From positions 352,001 to 416,000 of the forward strand of contig JBFLYH010000001.1 in NCBI GenBank assembly GCA_040756875.1: a DNA stretch of 64,000 nucleotides, read 5' to 3'. The notes under the pieces were generated by a model. The model was not told where the DNA came from and did not search any database. It saw only the letters and a program-made list of their open reading frames with translations. The translations under genes were made by a program, and so were the position numbers. This DNA is from a candidate division FCPU426 bacterium (lineage in GTDB: Bacteria > Oederibacteriota > JAAXVQ01 > JAUVAV01). The first letter of the stretch is position 1. Every line of letters starts with the position of its first letter. Shown here piece by piece: positions 59,401-60,943 of this stretch.

Positions 59401-60943
59401 CTACCATTACCAGACCCTGGCCTTCAACTTGGGCAGGCCGGCGGAGGAAGTGATCCAGGAGGCAATCCGCATCGCAGCCGCGTCGCCTGTGCTGGTGGTG
59501 CGGGGCCGGCTGACCCTGCATCCCGCCGGGCCGGTGGCCCACGCCCGCCGGGGCGTGTCCGAGGCAGGAGAGACAGCCATCTGGGTGGGCGAAAAACTCT
59601 TCAGCCGGGCCGTGACGGATGCAGACCGCCTCGAAGTGCTGCTGGCCGAGGCCGAGCACATTCTGGCCCCGGATTTCGGCCATGATGTCATCCGGCACTC
59701 GCAAAACCTGCAGGACCGGCTGACCGCCGCCGTGGTGGCTGCCGGGGAACCGGCGGCCGGCGGCATCTGCCAGCTGGACCTGGGTTCCAGGCCGGAAGCG
59801 GTTAAAGAACCGGCCGGGCTATCCAAACCGATCCAACTGGATCCGCGGGTCCTCAACCGCCCGTTGTCCGAATTGCGGCCGGGCTATATCCGGGTGCTCG
59901 AATTTTTATTTACGCCGCGCCTGAATCCCCGGCCCTGGGTCAAACCCGCGGGTTGGATGGTTTCCTCGCTGGGCTGGCTGCTGCGCCTGGCCGGGCTGGC
60001 CTATCTGGCCTGGTTGAAACCCGCGCCAGCCGCGGCTGCGGAGACAACGGCCTTTGACCGCTGGCAGGACTTCTCCCTGCTCATGCCCGACAGCCTGACC
60101 GGCCGGCAGTTCCGGGCGGACCAGGTAGAATTCCGCGACCTGGCCCTGCGCGGCAGCTGGCCGCAGCGCCTGCTGGCAGGGGAGAGTTTTGGCGCGCGCG
60201 CCGTGGAAAACGGGCGGCTGGTGATCTACCTGCCTGCCTCGGTCCTCGCCCAACAGCAGGCCGGCGGGCTGGCGCGGTTCATGCGCGACCTGTGCCTGTG
60301 GTCCCAGGCCCGCCAGTTCCACGGTGAATTGTTCGCGCCGGTGGAGGAAAGCGCCGGCCAACCCACTCTGGCCGCGCGCGTGCTGGCCCTGGTGCTCCGG
60401 CTGGCGCAAATGCTGCCCGCCTTCGCGGCCAAACCGGTCTTCAATTCGAGCCTGCGCCGCGCGCCCTTCCTATATATTAATGCCAGGCTCGGCGCCCGGG
60501 CGGGGCGTTCGGCCCTGGCCGCGGCGATAAAACAAGCCGGTCATCCCTTGCGCCAGGCCTGGATCGCCCTGAGCCGCAACCCGGGCGAGGATTCGGCCCA
60601 GGCCTTCCTGCAGGCGGCGTTGGATTACCTGGCAGGAGAATGGCAGGATGTGGAACGTCTGCGGCAAACCGGCAACCAGGAAGCAGCCGAGGCGCGGCTG
60701 GCCGGTTTGCGCCAATCCGCCGCGTCGTTCAACGCTCTGGTGGCCGGCCATCCGCTGCTGTCTTCCGCTTCCCATAAAACCTCCACGCCCTGGCTGGGCC
60801 AGTTGTGGCAGCCGGCTTTCCTCTCGCCCCGCCGGCAGGGCAGGTATTTGGACCTGCTCGAGGACCTGGGCGCGGTCTTCGACCGGCGCCGGCTCTCGCC
60901 CCAGCACCGCCGGCCTGACCGCCGCCCCTCCACTGCCGCGTAA
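23462..60943 (+). CDS. Giant multidomain membrane protein (~12,490 aa)
   Basis: Single open frame of ~37.5 kb with a GGAG RBS before ATG 23462 and a signal-peptide-like N-terminus (..LAPLLTWA-F). Many in-frame internal repeats and recognisable enzyme motifs. Confidence 0.93.
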   Translation: MLLSLWRQPSIALWAKSLSLALCLVFLAPLLTWAFDPATYPAKPGLFQFNGQTLAIPEKWGTVQTSFAGGDRLVIHLQDLHCNYEVQMNIARVIRLLAQRHELHFVAVEGTHLPLNTTKLRTFPLPEVREEVADYFVRQGRLSGAEYYAATADRPVRLEGVETQSLYDRNRKTVDFILRQEGQGYAYDLRDLFAALKPKLYHPALLRFDRHSVAFQRGQASARQHARWLAQEAGRRDVSLEPFGQLRAYLRQDPAADADGLFQDLDRLEAILRDGMYLNEAERELDAQLGRLAVVERMLGLSASPEDVARFRSEREAFRVPAFIGWLRSHDPEAELEIDPELYVLDGYLNAAEDFYAVADQRSEHLADNLLARMEAQRQPIAVLVTGGFHTPHLLAALKARGVSYLAVKPRLTQPDLVNPYFSLLKNQASPLDKLMAKDQTFFSLEPYLPKGDPDRIPDEAADLNERERTFARLLDLFFKVKTVTHFYFQNKIGRELERLVAGTLEAYPAQSRGVRVRPEEITVYPRNVLGFHVTSPNQEDLLAVAWQSRRPTALAAADALQIAEFKGDKVAVIGPENQAVVQTKLKTMPAVSLADLDLGRLMRLVLVWRWVPRLLARLGRMSDRLAKARDAIRAFNVRQALAPGKDRSFNLWQVLAGAAATFSLTLTSFYIFPLQDLTLAQWGMALFLPVIAGWLTLSLGFIFGVAAITRLLPSGRGAVDWKKAEQARLYLEGQGADWVEFDGTPLRFGEFARTRFHATTRRSVTLAPWLVAQSESIWHQRLQALLLPIILAHEARRLQGWSAVKIFASLLGPHWGLIRQVNRAQNDLLPRFLTAPLTPEADGVYRAFLTEWTLTPAQQEQVHYLLARLQHRGGLAAVEQAHTYVKEYFKPSPAALVPLLSEIEELTRLAGKSAPAFFEKVLSMWGYKQAYREPLPREQLPVYLRQLTSLCRLGRPEDSEPWSGEVASMGAWMSSRGAPYSLRRWELLARLVGRVAINDRLRIFAQCKTVLGVIPLLEMMSDSEWDSLFAALESLAAAVGPEHMAAVLNLSLAALNRDQDLRASVRRGQLDAMAGHFQAVLQTLGNLLQSVPDGQRGLVVQSLHIAVQSVADPRQVHENKLEAWTTGDFAAQVSRLLQTYSYPVNSAMINLLGLVLMTLNVRDSGRDLFAPAKWEPVMGKMQELAAVYRQPLAILTALAVLRARLARNLTPEAMPPKAVIDVMEEVIASGREHRGAFFPLLQAEPGLESLQLAHEGTAPNNHLRVMEYLLQSLPPLRMRKPDTWPAPSRTLAPGQLAERRLEFLEAAAGIGGFNNVQVLGRKIILTEAGESGRRLSIKLIKSTEDNAKLDHEARMLARESGLPTPLKVGSADQPEPFRFRFNLTHNPFEREIREGLRAAVRQSEDMGFPMDLDPEQDEFVAIAMVYPGQSDYDTYLLNAPAWEALCSGALKAAGWLGADAAAGKLYLALGDLFHSVEGAKSRVYVVTAGLSASKALYTTGQITNAFHAVDTAGITVNGEPRDLKEVQHVAELVERGRRRPEELPSDLQFIARTYGLQDANFYLFESLHQYALVLQLVIGNWQREHQWTTIRWDEDRSLEDLSGVLQREYLALAQGFLGSGHEAFVRSLAGELVTPEQWLRSARQLALMMSDARLALFAPDSGQKERIRAAARSIWGIELTDDVIGDYRWLEGAGFVGHPSEDKHAWSKPALGVSNGALLNTMIPEISSLIFGLAIAAKALEQPSESAFARMISGIRARASELAGGLGRRLGAWGRRLSEWTNNYLPRLTVSKRTGTGLALPAVSWPWLASRMQGRPAGREEETTAAIRFSLVEGASGQWEIQALGPGPVSMSVGLLLAALNGKMPGAAALDSEARGALEAALGRLAIEEKAAEPLGAIVNAPAVSRADLIPLLTVLAEFTDSLPAGQTGEAMTRMEELLSAVKCQPGEYPGLAGQGARLLSKCPPGQRRLLNDHIYNALNFLNYVGVPTTSVFGYLDQVNAVSRPENLLMNIAALKRVISLLTTLEAKGLPMQARFGRVLRAVRPEAVSAAILSLQPLLLSLNAEKKPASDPEYLQAWQAAWDALPARYESLSRLSHTPLQEIIALVMVRALLPDYTLHAIDPDALAQVFASVQEIYRGNPVDPHLALLQSQRPFLQSFNFKDGGRALNQAGLILHYLFDAVPDMEPATPRSFPQEEGFRETERIPRVALESLLARAGLDPKRDIQVKVSGRKAVFSQEGAARKLVVKLRKAGENNARLQYEGRVLQWMSRQDPAYRGVDMLTADPAEPEEYRMRVDYAGTRFAAAIENGLAEADRVSRDIAGAALEVDRDHYVAVAYTDRADSTLEENLGSETVATWEQLESAVTRLMGQLGGLARQGLFYNSLGDMFHITGSDTRPAYYVSQMLNNSFGYALGRLTAWKKSVRAVNVSPLGLLRDLKYLYGAAGLVEIAVTDKSTDWKSIAFLHDEHLNQLMRFEMIGRYFLTAMLVVGAWLDDRQWPEMNWSQEESLAPLARVLETGFIRFMTAWQGEEAGPAIADMGRLVDWRALAREMVYWMSSAHVEALRQPRRGERDGRAEKFPARELFGLPPEKVFFGDYREGSWDPEQGMIGSPDEREFARTAKALGLVNGDFPIQEFLSVMLPVGLMQAQNALDQRYGSPAVAERSWIASFWPSTRRLAATVIWPALRRAASGLARFFATGPRVASAWLRAASPRRLWERSLAAWIRWQTGRLALADRGEYERVLAFLFKHYRLENPLARARAAYALARLGLDDRNTLVLQGLLFNSYLKADHVLEMLDIMAEATRKLGPEALPVLKLINETARSFSRSREDAWPVVQGLGGLIRILPPAELLPAVQNFASLLEAAREKTAWVEEGANIIRWSAAVAGLVHPAQAGAALGVLLGAIRDASRVQGPDAADILERIPDFLHPLAPEFRLIGLRLLNASRPAFRKLGPAGEKQSISDLQNRIMAITQASREPLTGLTALVVLLDRLNTSRVDGELTREPLAVADEVLAVCRQHGAQAYLQFMREEPDYASVPIHDGGRVTLNKGRWLRLLYQNLPPVAMDMPAGFPGLPADEDVEKLPALDLDQLAGKAGSNGPLVFTGQALGRGLIFSAPDGRRLVVKLAKIDEPNSLLQRESLGFAWARRQAGSTAAPRPVAAREGEYRFRFALDAAADPALVRSLRDALRRSQAEAESVGKPFALLPEYVATAYVLPAASTYDQNLKADTVPTWQGLKTALLRSGRTLGAWARQGVVHTSLGDLFHNLSTDEREYVVTKGLDFMLDYSVGRLTAWQAAVFALNLSPEGDVRDYKFVRHLAELEGEQKYQEDDWWFSGRQFDARPRNVLLLEFFSRYALIATLATGEWLDQHGWQGLDWQKPETLADLAGFLREFYVTTAAAAVGRGQLGRIQRQADLVDWDRYAAQMAFFMNPKASNEYLRPPESGAEADTRQSRFPSERLFGLAKGSIGFGDLRDQSWDDTEGMVGSPTEPEHVRGRRAIGNVNGSTFLLENLKASYMIFGLLVAGQALDAYRSDAWHRRALRRAAEAFQALRVRLLSLPAALAAWYEQRLTTRALDGLPAETGRLAAALFERFAVADSRERRGIANRLRHWRLTDGEIESLRMLLFAPAVTREDVADILALVDLSLREASPQERRQLLNQLRLLSVLPDFALFGWPEIRRALAGRLAGQAPAARSRTLAAYRSSLSVIGNLYYTRVRFRETQATEKLPGDPLVRFYHGLIMDLGPAAGGAALRLIRQSIGLPLTRETTGDLLRLLGKYRDGLLRIHGAVGQEFGVVAALSFVQAEFERTRKKKAEDSLAILRSVAETCEQQGSRAYLELLKQAPTLETLSISTEGEATNHAARFIKYLLNNTVPFRLGPAGPRTEFRNNLAPQELPQETLATLAEKAGLQGPLVFKGNTLGRKVMFEDPSGRQLVVKLKKRGEANNWLQLEAENMLRYAGDFKGQVVPKPVLIGKVEGRQEYRFTLRLPAAEGAADVQASLRRNAEVSVRETGRGFEADEPLQGIAYVLEPGATYDTNLDRETVPDWAAYKTALVRSARELGRLARAGVLHISLATLFHNLSTDREYIVTRLLEDSTFPYTLGRITDWLGTVFAVNLSRDGQVRDLKYLRSLTDVASDPNYKVEDWQFLPAAFGDQADSVYLLEFLGRYALVETLLAGAWQRADGWQRIDWQKDETLSDLAGLLRDVFTALAGELLGEDESRTVAEYAGLVDWTQYARQMAFYMSNANLDYLRPRRRNQLDNRHDRFPMEQLYGVPRSRLDIDEYRDHWNDEVGFTGDLSEGSHAAERPSIGPFNGPMLITEFGTAMSYVLGLAVAQKAMGPEAQAAEPSVPAGATLTERWRRSLAWLRVTAPEAVALVRAWSNSSSLRNTFVMVPFLYLMPLGLSLRDLLFIYPVVAMASLAYFALRGGEKNYMLTYPGRLQPVYALMARLPGIRALLERGVTINDIGPGWPMLTTGELASFARSLNPANRVIASERPGRVPAFVLWSEAGGNYALFNREGRLLEVFAEEGAVIRKGPLARWNAARIFRSLRRQPDSRPGYILEAVRTEEELERGGFELNEADFGGGVKAGIKLCFNMLYMYPNQALAKLQEMGKDLEEGGYLLAGQSVSWAGSGTYIQVYRKQGGELRPLQGDLNLNGGWYSFSMQAFTLAQSARMLEVYYEFTSRRQGYETDEMILDLRAAALPHDLDITGFKASQTTAGEKRGQPAKQGRGTFLGLDSLSFRLARWFAPPAPALTGIQEMLAEELGEKYPGLSALERNRIRGALAAMALDIDNAKQLTQLLRAYFITSANVVPALEGIAGIAAGTEPAQTAASLKNLARLFQLPVMRRANAVGVLGEAAQACRQAPREAAPRLLASLVRLLELTPALENETPGKSVRVLASLRLAAESLGRDDFEDYLNELYDLYAFHQDDLFVLLDGMLAAARAAGPLAGLAAFKSLRTMVVYYRDYQKQLSVAEALDRIRQAYADIRRTTDDPLTLVAALTAIRVRSQWNRDLRTRTPLEIIGEVAGVCREEGKNALRVILRAESGVDNLVIGDFGDAPSKMGLFIQYLLQSLPALHRPVPAGFPLTVKPMSGPIARLTPDALAVRAGLQGPLRFERALGRSLVFRDQRGAQLVIKLRKLRESEDSLQQECERFAWVRQQGLLPGTPQPVSAGEGGEYRFELDLPGLDESLRRAVAGALAEEQRQASQHKGAGFQVHSGRQAIAYVLEPDSRYMSYLNPDAVADWGVLNRGLRRVMRTLGRLAGRGWLHTTPADLFHNVEENRPYVTTVGLGQIFARVSARTMGRIAAWLESGWTMNWDQDGGLRDYKYFKHISETASLPELRSEDWTFLEAFRGKIEMVYLLETLTRAALAGLLVQGEWLDRKQWAGLDWRNDGQLQPLARDLRALFASAAEGLLTEGPRAPNLEQVLDAVDWTAFARQMVFWMNPANYAEAMAEPASGQADQRTRFLLENRLIDLPEHMVHFNHYLPGTYRPGIGFVGTPAEDSLGRLRSLGPVNGPLPITEFATAAYSVFGLALAQLALEERQAEQARAAKKTLWARTGLDRLVDLDALFLRQAPWQTGPLKNSAALLRFAANWVAPKVETGRVVLGTAGFYLGFMLLGMSPFWAGPLAVLLTNAIFAVSHFSGVFASAGADETGVPYIYFKRFETFSQRLAAWGRLFVLGLGFHFVFYAAVVLAPWSQNAQAELSVQMLGLFGIYASHYLHRAFNRLILDQPGRVPAALRFLAMTGWHEPLDPRQVADCEQAIQNLAGPGLAVQPRDENRFYRTLSRQFPAAVIEQALRNLYARQPLALPTLATEIRAVLARTGWLDTAAADRELQALPFIARTEQACLEILLARIRNLHPTPTKTGQPYLFSEYEQAEIRRKGPEAFAGHIGLWPYLNQEAKAGYTLDPRALMLVHVNDIGLEELQALVNLFKGAESPRENPEIISGRAAVKILGRHRPLDETRRLVEFLRGVPMPDGNRLAVSQTVISVWLESRLSEGEITDLLTAQPGLAHLSKEKAEKYLAQRYMDQRVKQNQNLRQRAVKLIKRMAERDLLDEAGALAGLATVTTRQAALAKKIDRGKGLEADAIGLILDALQERFGRRLTPGQVQFVAERLSWDRLEAKLDLIERLFTVKELEGVGGEPLAAALVSGKPDQEVLGLIVSYHGESAIELRNVIYSPHPLAKIKQLHDDMELYGMPSNTRARGYSAARSRIIDEILERIDRSGMEDALAGQFFREVTNKQRLLLSTLLALLSEESVTPEELPDFLRVFVSAENQAELAGELLWHYQDGSPLNRSAQERGDAKAARELLLRLHGTESLTLLTSLLLDGQAGPAETARLKLLQMQDSGELRLNRVREYLRRYGPSRLRIMVEKLMPELGTLVRRIQILGQMQRHGMDPSGIVALEAAWQTGWLPREDLRDAAEITPLQFFLLLPGMAETLDDLPEDAYQAVLELAVRLYADQQRQGDPQALARVDNLLAGMEPCRFADDWLGIMEASRLASAHPRFGGRPFSDAFFFHVLQSRWLDDSLVGYGLMLAHGRDFRPAEEKIWDASRRIGTVDPLLQWVRALRAGLPQADRQTALEWMNGQQAELERIGPDWIRWLLDWLPEHRLMPEEFKQDYEEWPKLFQLRQEFLALPIDVQMAAVDVWAGRQLSYGLAAQIKHALARENAAQSGFVAAIQTVRRLTAEQGWNESSQVDWQALVQSAPGQVVSLNAERAVARLVRAPLADRRLRQVIRSNQSRLAGGEEALLNQFDRMPAASRDEATVIRAVLQALQIDGQSWLENTDIERIAALGLDAFLRKRRLWGALNAYPRPPSGTLVAACLLSEKSAARLLRDLDVYYLLDLIARNGSSLLEPAELRRKVQAAEPMGSRTALQTLVGTIGALPENNWPEENVRAAFLAEPVREFPAGQIIRDLETNREVLQRRISPARFVIKTVKKLYARRLPKAAPVAPPEISGFLTLLQNEGLADESLVDDLLSDYRQQRDDPVVIVKILESMVEDEEFSLASGKILSLAAKLKLADLRDLFVRARETAGRKSDYEVMVAAVMEAAGLKRKISEEELDARIRADVMSRRQEKEESVFGELRSDLGGERPEDRANKILNGGDLKIRLGRMLLNLLASGLAAGLSAALSPAGVHWPVFVLLGVFAGLVFSGVRLLYWAWLWRVPPPGLLTRPLLARGQEKLALQFEGLRQELGRRGVDTDRLQLGWIADEQPLGWDEILPRPEAWGTWFRLPAGWRGKLGAIRLGRGEGDRVLVHPLVMFLPAWAQRAILTHEIYEAQGAGHWRATWAEFGGVLRFLAAAAVLRMRGEAPVSDQPRPAAAPLGMYPAMIELTSRVMPRLLGRIMPQNEIYMYSALVTAPLLESLSVVFIIAANLLHAFNALPFDPRLTWPAAVIFTNLVYALGHGFGAYEVRRKPESKLVEIVPVTVRTWQGRIKNWGRFYLLGLSFHGLFYLGLLLAPFAHEPLAHAAALVFMVLGAIAAPFLHRSYHQSVLRKPEDYPAWLRVLGMVGASGEIAGTIPAGIGSQAAETAPETSPLTLETQAPFLRSQLLQDRVLDALEALGGRATLEELARVLRRTQAPVRKAVRRLDFEEINRVREAKGKMPLYPVLPARTKLVQDEIIAALEALAGIAEPAEIAAFSGQYVTVTRQALREMDFNLLNRMRAARGLAPLTVILRRGTPEQVGINRSSLSVDIGDLNGLVAELAARIPNPAPAPYADLYARIALPLLVSASFRLAPQTGDPEADARNREDFLRALSQSLADLVAKPEGPFAVLAADPILARIFWALLVPRALMMTAGGEAAAGFSLAAFERNLETVLAHYQSRSKQPLQPMSVEFGGLGRIIRAGERFRSLRRQAGDGQPYAFAGKADLQSMYAERVRQAPAGPAAQTAALSGDHSEIVKSRFVTWRQTGTGLLPGDYLEFELTPGRNKTLTYQNASAVFSFKTLAAAASFQAVLVAEEDPNHGLVVNAYRREAFLSGDWTQPVKTFRHAFGENPFNLAAADVAKAFYSPEELALQGRPYATRLTEKGLVDYHLPLEPGAAALPVKMIVPEKRFSQGGLAKAEVVCRVENDPNQGQIINTYLAEDFKAGRVDAPLMTYAILRAGRHAELVDNLARLDILAAREGKPLALLGREFETSLKIQTVTGNPYAWFSVEWRGRFARFSIPARTLAPEVLAAPVKVRVETDEVLGQVVRVYSTHTLQGQPLLLRTFQYPVAAEAPATGGAEETVPAQAQAGEQPEAGLVEWVRLLEQENLIGKETAVAVVQGQDREAEKTALRELLETLNDEEVLQLGIGTIREKSSQVPLREVLRAFLALRAGEAEADDFELITAAVKQAIGYKEPKYSREEVAARITASIREKSLQERPESASAFFDMQPQGDARRNRAEFEQINNGSTKLGDLGGLMPWLRQLLVERLGWMQDATYVKWAWAIEAVPMGIAGLAAAAIAAWTGFFDPAAGLEAFALLAVRLAWGLFPILHLIVNGRLTWQGLTGTEKTNAVLALALAAVNLAASLAPVPLWNLLVFGLASHAGLNAWLRLSPWQFRLRSPVRVLQLGTPDGVFSLPWPVLQSPIVMMNSLRNNGGNGPQLLRSQLLQDRILDALEALGGRATIEDIAAVVRRGHSRVNETVKKLDFKAINRQRLLDGRMPLFPPVNAKTMLVQDEIIAAMEMLGGIAAQREIIRYSGLDRQTVSRTLKAMDFGLINGIREARGLFPLLVIHADAPAYRFDDAKASRDTTLQEDVLAGLTEDFGTAQAGLFGRTILPWLLHVSQATVPAVEDDVMMQINREDLVYIIMRACRTRFETMMADWRAKNPAATRRQEAGLFRAYWGVLVPRALNAAWPQFLALRLDDEQYLDFENTRVEEAFAASLDKTVRQFEGKSVVAVARVSVDFNAEHRLAEAAAHYQALRRQAGDTEPYAQLDARALEAYYAGRQAAEQAETPAGAGQLKPGHPLAAHLLKVHPELLRSHLVAWYQAGREPQPGEYLLTTIYPGKTKHVYHQDQQAFFSFITLADNRKAIKTVFLVERDPNHGVVVNVYEEDKFFRGNWSQPLGTFKFGPHGSLFEPAAADIIKAFHHLQALQVYGRPLAARIRANGAVGFTFSPDNASPNLPVRMTVPADLMRERDLAGREAVCSAEEDPNHGPIVQIRLAGASDELLVSYVWHEGKQASLPVDSLSRLDILAAKEGRRLSEYNREFRTRFSQHVIGGLPYGICEVKWQGKSFRTSFPCKDLPPEVLQAGLVLRVAPDASPENQVVEIYSALGYGQPQTRRLLKEVSLPVAAEARALPKAPEIPAAWVDASQVFAGLAEQLQAADLPEPQAVLARTRLARVLARMHSNMTSLLAGGLDWNDRAAVQQAQNLRWYARQLTNALETALGRETDAAAFSLYEQLGQLLSTYRAQMTEAAAVYSGDTVADVKDALAGGLDHLAVALRRLDMRRAALRKQQQKSAAAQPVRLTLPSTEVLAGPEAKGLAAVLVRRLGEWGIALVEELGLGTSGKNIAAFAAVRTDVRLRTVWEALRQGRLLPAAGAAGWLALAFMTAVNPVLLAALAPLLLIGLGWTQIEYAAGHLNTDRAEWVGRLRATLLFNAVAVGTALLLAGAAVAFLSGPALAGALLAAPLAGVLASTAVHRLWNLRAPPNLRMTQGKVGIQTLTAWRPDATLLAGDPTAYYSRLVETAPTSGLRNFLLYDSESGNLRAFFLKLKPGWLVAHDPDLLAAMFISGIFGPECRLAHRPGVGVFLYWQDEARRVIRENADLFSELLGQPPQSLSDQALDAALPGLLRRLMSMDALSGDWQYPAQVGLLLGFPRAEALNYARYDQQIDEVYSLLLKQPLTAEEQRVVAIYHQPRLDYRNVHLRGALNQAHVARRSYLRAAMAGILERYLPDLPPGLRNSVLDERLVSVQGSFYMLAHTPAGPAFWAAVARRFRDTGMESAVERLRARYPYASALDPREVLRDLLGELARAGIPGEEQRMIRLYLRYLRQGSEFGLRILAPKLTQLFQKYNVWLAQGSFDPAANAAAINNLLQARPGPVRRWFNPGGTGGMLALLLLLGGGFLLANLDWAWARDLSHTLAGMGWGPEHNLLLGFVTFNGLSNPDSPQANRNIIYTRQGNRLVPVPGPFGKYRLESISDHPDAIVKNADLDQRGGFPRELRAWWSNHPLANRTDLTAEYSQGRLVRVWAGDPYPENDLARRDAAVPVVWFAEPRWAEGWDVVGENRVYVADEAGRLAIQAVAGRAYTQEMVEQYPDAVVKGDSLNHKGGLKHGGGLVWDARPEFAFQDVTIEYRGKRVVRVWLGDPYPDHDRNRPDLDAPLIWFDPAVGAGEFTPLGRNVVYVAEGNRLVAQRIAGGTYTEADVALQPDAIVKLAAFDSKGGFKHGGVRRWWNLVGYGDRPDITAEYRQGKLVRVWDGDPYPENDLSRPSQDVSLLWFDSPADADGWSLAGRNVVYVPSEGRLVPQEIAGAHYGIDRVQRYPEAVVKNVHTDKKGGLKHGGARLWWNKTGFENRTDLTVVYRNGRLVEVWAGDPYPDNTLDVSAQKAELIWQPAMPGPLQAFNLFQAAAAAFLLAGASAVGLALLAALSWPVWALVAVGALPGAGAAFALVLAAQAGLAWFGRLAAPATAPADPALQARYREAFAAWPDTHVFFTDKLPWHQLARTRREADDTWTVELASWLAGQAKANTLFAKLQQMLLPIITTHENLRRAGWNGWRVYLAKLGQAPTYGRARRAGETAPVPEKSAAEEIAGQLLDPSGSREVVITADDGQRFTFKLATSLAELDSWFYIEAHRDGELIGEAHVTGGNQMFRITGRPDDAAIWTDKTGYRGLGTGLLAVALAICATRGRREFFVKSGQAAAYFYEQAGLQPTGKAGEFRYDLTTGKYPPVEITRKPEPVQQQAFVQTAINGRNLGEQWKVLRPADFPRDPGGAFRAFTRQEMAERLRARAGELAGRITDPVERSRFEEFARRVLEAVWPGDDLLAGMTGDWPLLPVESGSGALHRSFNQLEQAGRSLPYFNFASAFILAREAGRLLGSRRAPGARRIYLARASGSHFESAFYQHLLAGLPADAFTARVFTISRDSLGQDMFAFLQQLLPGIARGVSNYAEYEAAALARLDQEYRSNPAVRQAVDQIFDQARAAGILEGTADFLVIDEVDIGPYQLLFKYAVEKNLPGARVSLFVGNSWAEGDPAKDEFFWSRQVFSYSRTRIPDYPEMKLEALEEAFGLNPEQAWRLVEGAGDISADLPHPVRVDPARAREPLAGFLAEAPEVQLGSYLRSLVLYNGAVEFARRAPGRLARAEIQWTEQPARADELAEMAAAALERSAADFEAGLDQVRRLLEARQTEWHAVRMVWRLLQPYRLGQGLDLEAWKRDRSRVLALVDDTLREEKLLAAYLFRTLGGAGLDVPLALLARDCGPGMSLPECQATAKRLASAGLVRLNSRGELTADLDALSRRALARIGLDRIKYGRREQSPPTSWQVFRSEMNSSLFLGSMYTLFGRSYFYRTNEERKDFTYRSVKAHLLELGRRNALPAEVRVLVVGSSLGIQGYDAAMACADARRELGADFKITLVNSDAQHLSLDHAKRGEYAPDFFEEGFWDAPRAGRYFQRLADGGARILSRAGWLALGVDVQFEKLDLLSDQDVRRVLTGGAFDLVVAVNVHHAADPDSERLALENQERLVAPSGACLHSHSEGQDLLQPEYFREASSLLRRAVRSGAPQFPYTRMALEGKANVLWGLRNVRLADLPERFKQLPGGALRWPSGQEGAMALLILSDWFDAPRRDLLFHLLFERWAGTVLKPKGNLGRIFDPARPETLIAGWDVFDESAQARIRGYLAGQREWLEQTYAKMLAEARARRQEVPHFERNRQLADQIWLGRVYRVDESGALSWVQYRRAAPASRWAQALWIAFRLPGWVFGLMRATVVIRQLNRLRGADSLGRVLAAENPAAELARLLGQSEAAVRYHYQTLAFNLGRPAEEVIQEAIRIAAASPVLVVRGRLTLHPAGPVAHARRGVSEAGETAIWVGEKLFSRAVTDADRLEVLLAEAEHILAPDFGHDVIRHSQNLQDRLTAAVVAAGEPAAGGICQLDLGSRPEAVKEPAGLSKPIQLDPRVLNRPLSELRPGYIRVLEFLFTPRLNPRPWVKPAGWMVSSLGWLLRLAGLAYLAWLKPAPAAAAETTAFDRWQDFSLLMPDSLTGRQFRADQVEFRDLALRGSWPQRLLAGESFGARAVENGRLVIYLPASVLAQQQAGGLARFMRDLCLWSQARQFHGELFAPVEESAGQPTLAARVLALVLRLAQMLPAFAAKPVFNSSLRRAPFLYINARLGARAGRSALAAAIKQAGHPLRQAWIALSRNPGEDSAQAFLQAALDYLAGEWQDVERLRQTGNQEAAEARLAGLRQSAASFNALVAGHPLLSSASHKTSTPWLGQLWQPAFLSPRRQGRYLDLLEDLGAVFDRRRLSPQHRRPDRRPSTAA
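23680..24780 (+). other. N-terminal ChaN/TraB(Tiki)-like domain of the giant protein
   Basis: VIHLQDLH...VAVEG...LSGAEY...LEGVE...R...LVTGGFHT motif order. Confidence 0.55.
27400..28690 (+). other. SidJ-like pseudokinase domain 1 (most diverged)
   Basis: LGRK..LSIKL..E..LGDLFH..TGQI..RDLKE..RQLALMMS..LGVSNG. Confidence 0.65.
30140..31430 (+). other. SidJ-like pseudokinase domain 2
   Basis: SGRK..LVVKL..E..LGDMFH..LGRLTAWKKSVRAVNV..RDLKY..EMVYWMS..LGLVNGDFPIQEF. Confidence 0.8.
32770..34060 (+). other. SidJ-like pseudokinase domain 3
   Basis: LGRG..LVVKL..LGDLFH..VGRLTAWQAAVFALNL..RDYKF..QMAFFMN..IGNVNG. Confidence 0.8.
35210..36490 (+). other. SidJ-like pseudokinase domain 4
   Basis: LGRK..LVVKL..LATLFH..LGRITDWLGTVFAVNL..RDLKY..QMAFYMS..IGPFNGP. 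Confidence 0.8.
36820..37450 (+). other. Class I SAM-methyltransferase-like domain
   Basis: INDIGPG..TT.EL..VIASE...CFNML...LEEGGYLL pattern. Confidence 0.5.
38830..40120 (+). other. SidJ-like pseudokinase domain 5
   Basis: LGRS..LVIKL..PADLFH..MGRIAAW....MNW..RDYKY..QMVFWMN..LGPVNGPLPITEF. Confidence 0.8.
46154..51370 (+). repeat. Two copies of a ~670-aa module with tandem HTH-like units (46154-~48170; 49286-~51370)
   Basis: LRSQLLQDR(V/I)LDALEALGGRAT, LVQDEIIAA(L/M)E, DPNHG.VVN and L.RLDILAA.EG are shared by both copies. Confidence 0.85.
53838..55165 (+). repeat. Four tandem ~114-aa repeats
   Basis: Units start near 53838, 54177, 54518 and 54860. Each has P(D/E)A(I/V)VK..GG..W..Y..G....VW.GDPYP. 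Confidence 0.9.
55790..56190 (+). other. GNAT-like domain in the giant protein
   Basis: YRGLGTGLL (motif A) and AAYFYEQAGL. Confidence 0.65.
57950..58600 (+). other. CheR-like methyltransferase domain in the giant protein
   Basis: SYFYR..VRVLVVGSSLG..YDAAM..SD..L..AKRGEY..VQF..LDLL..FDLVVAVNV follows CheR motif order. Confidence 0.7.
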
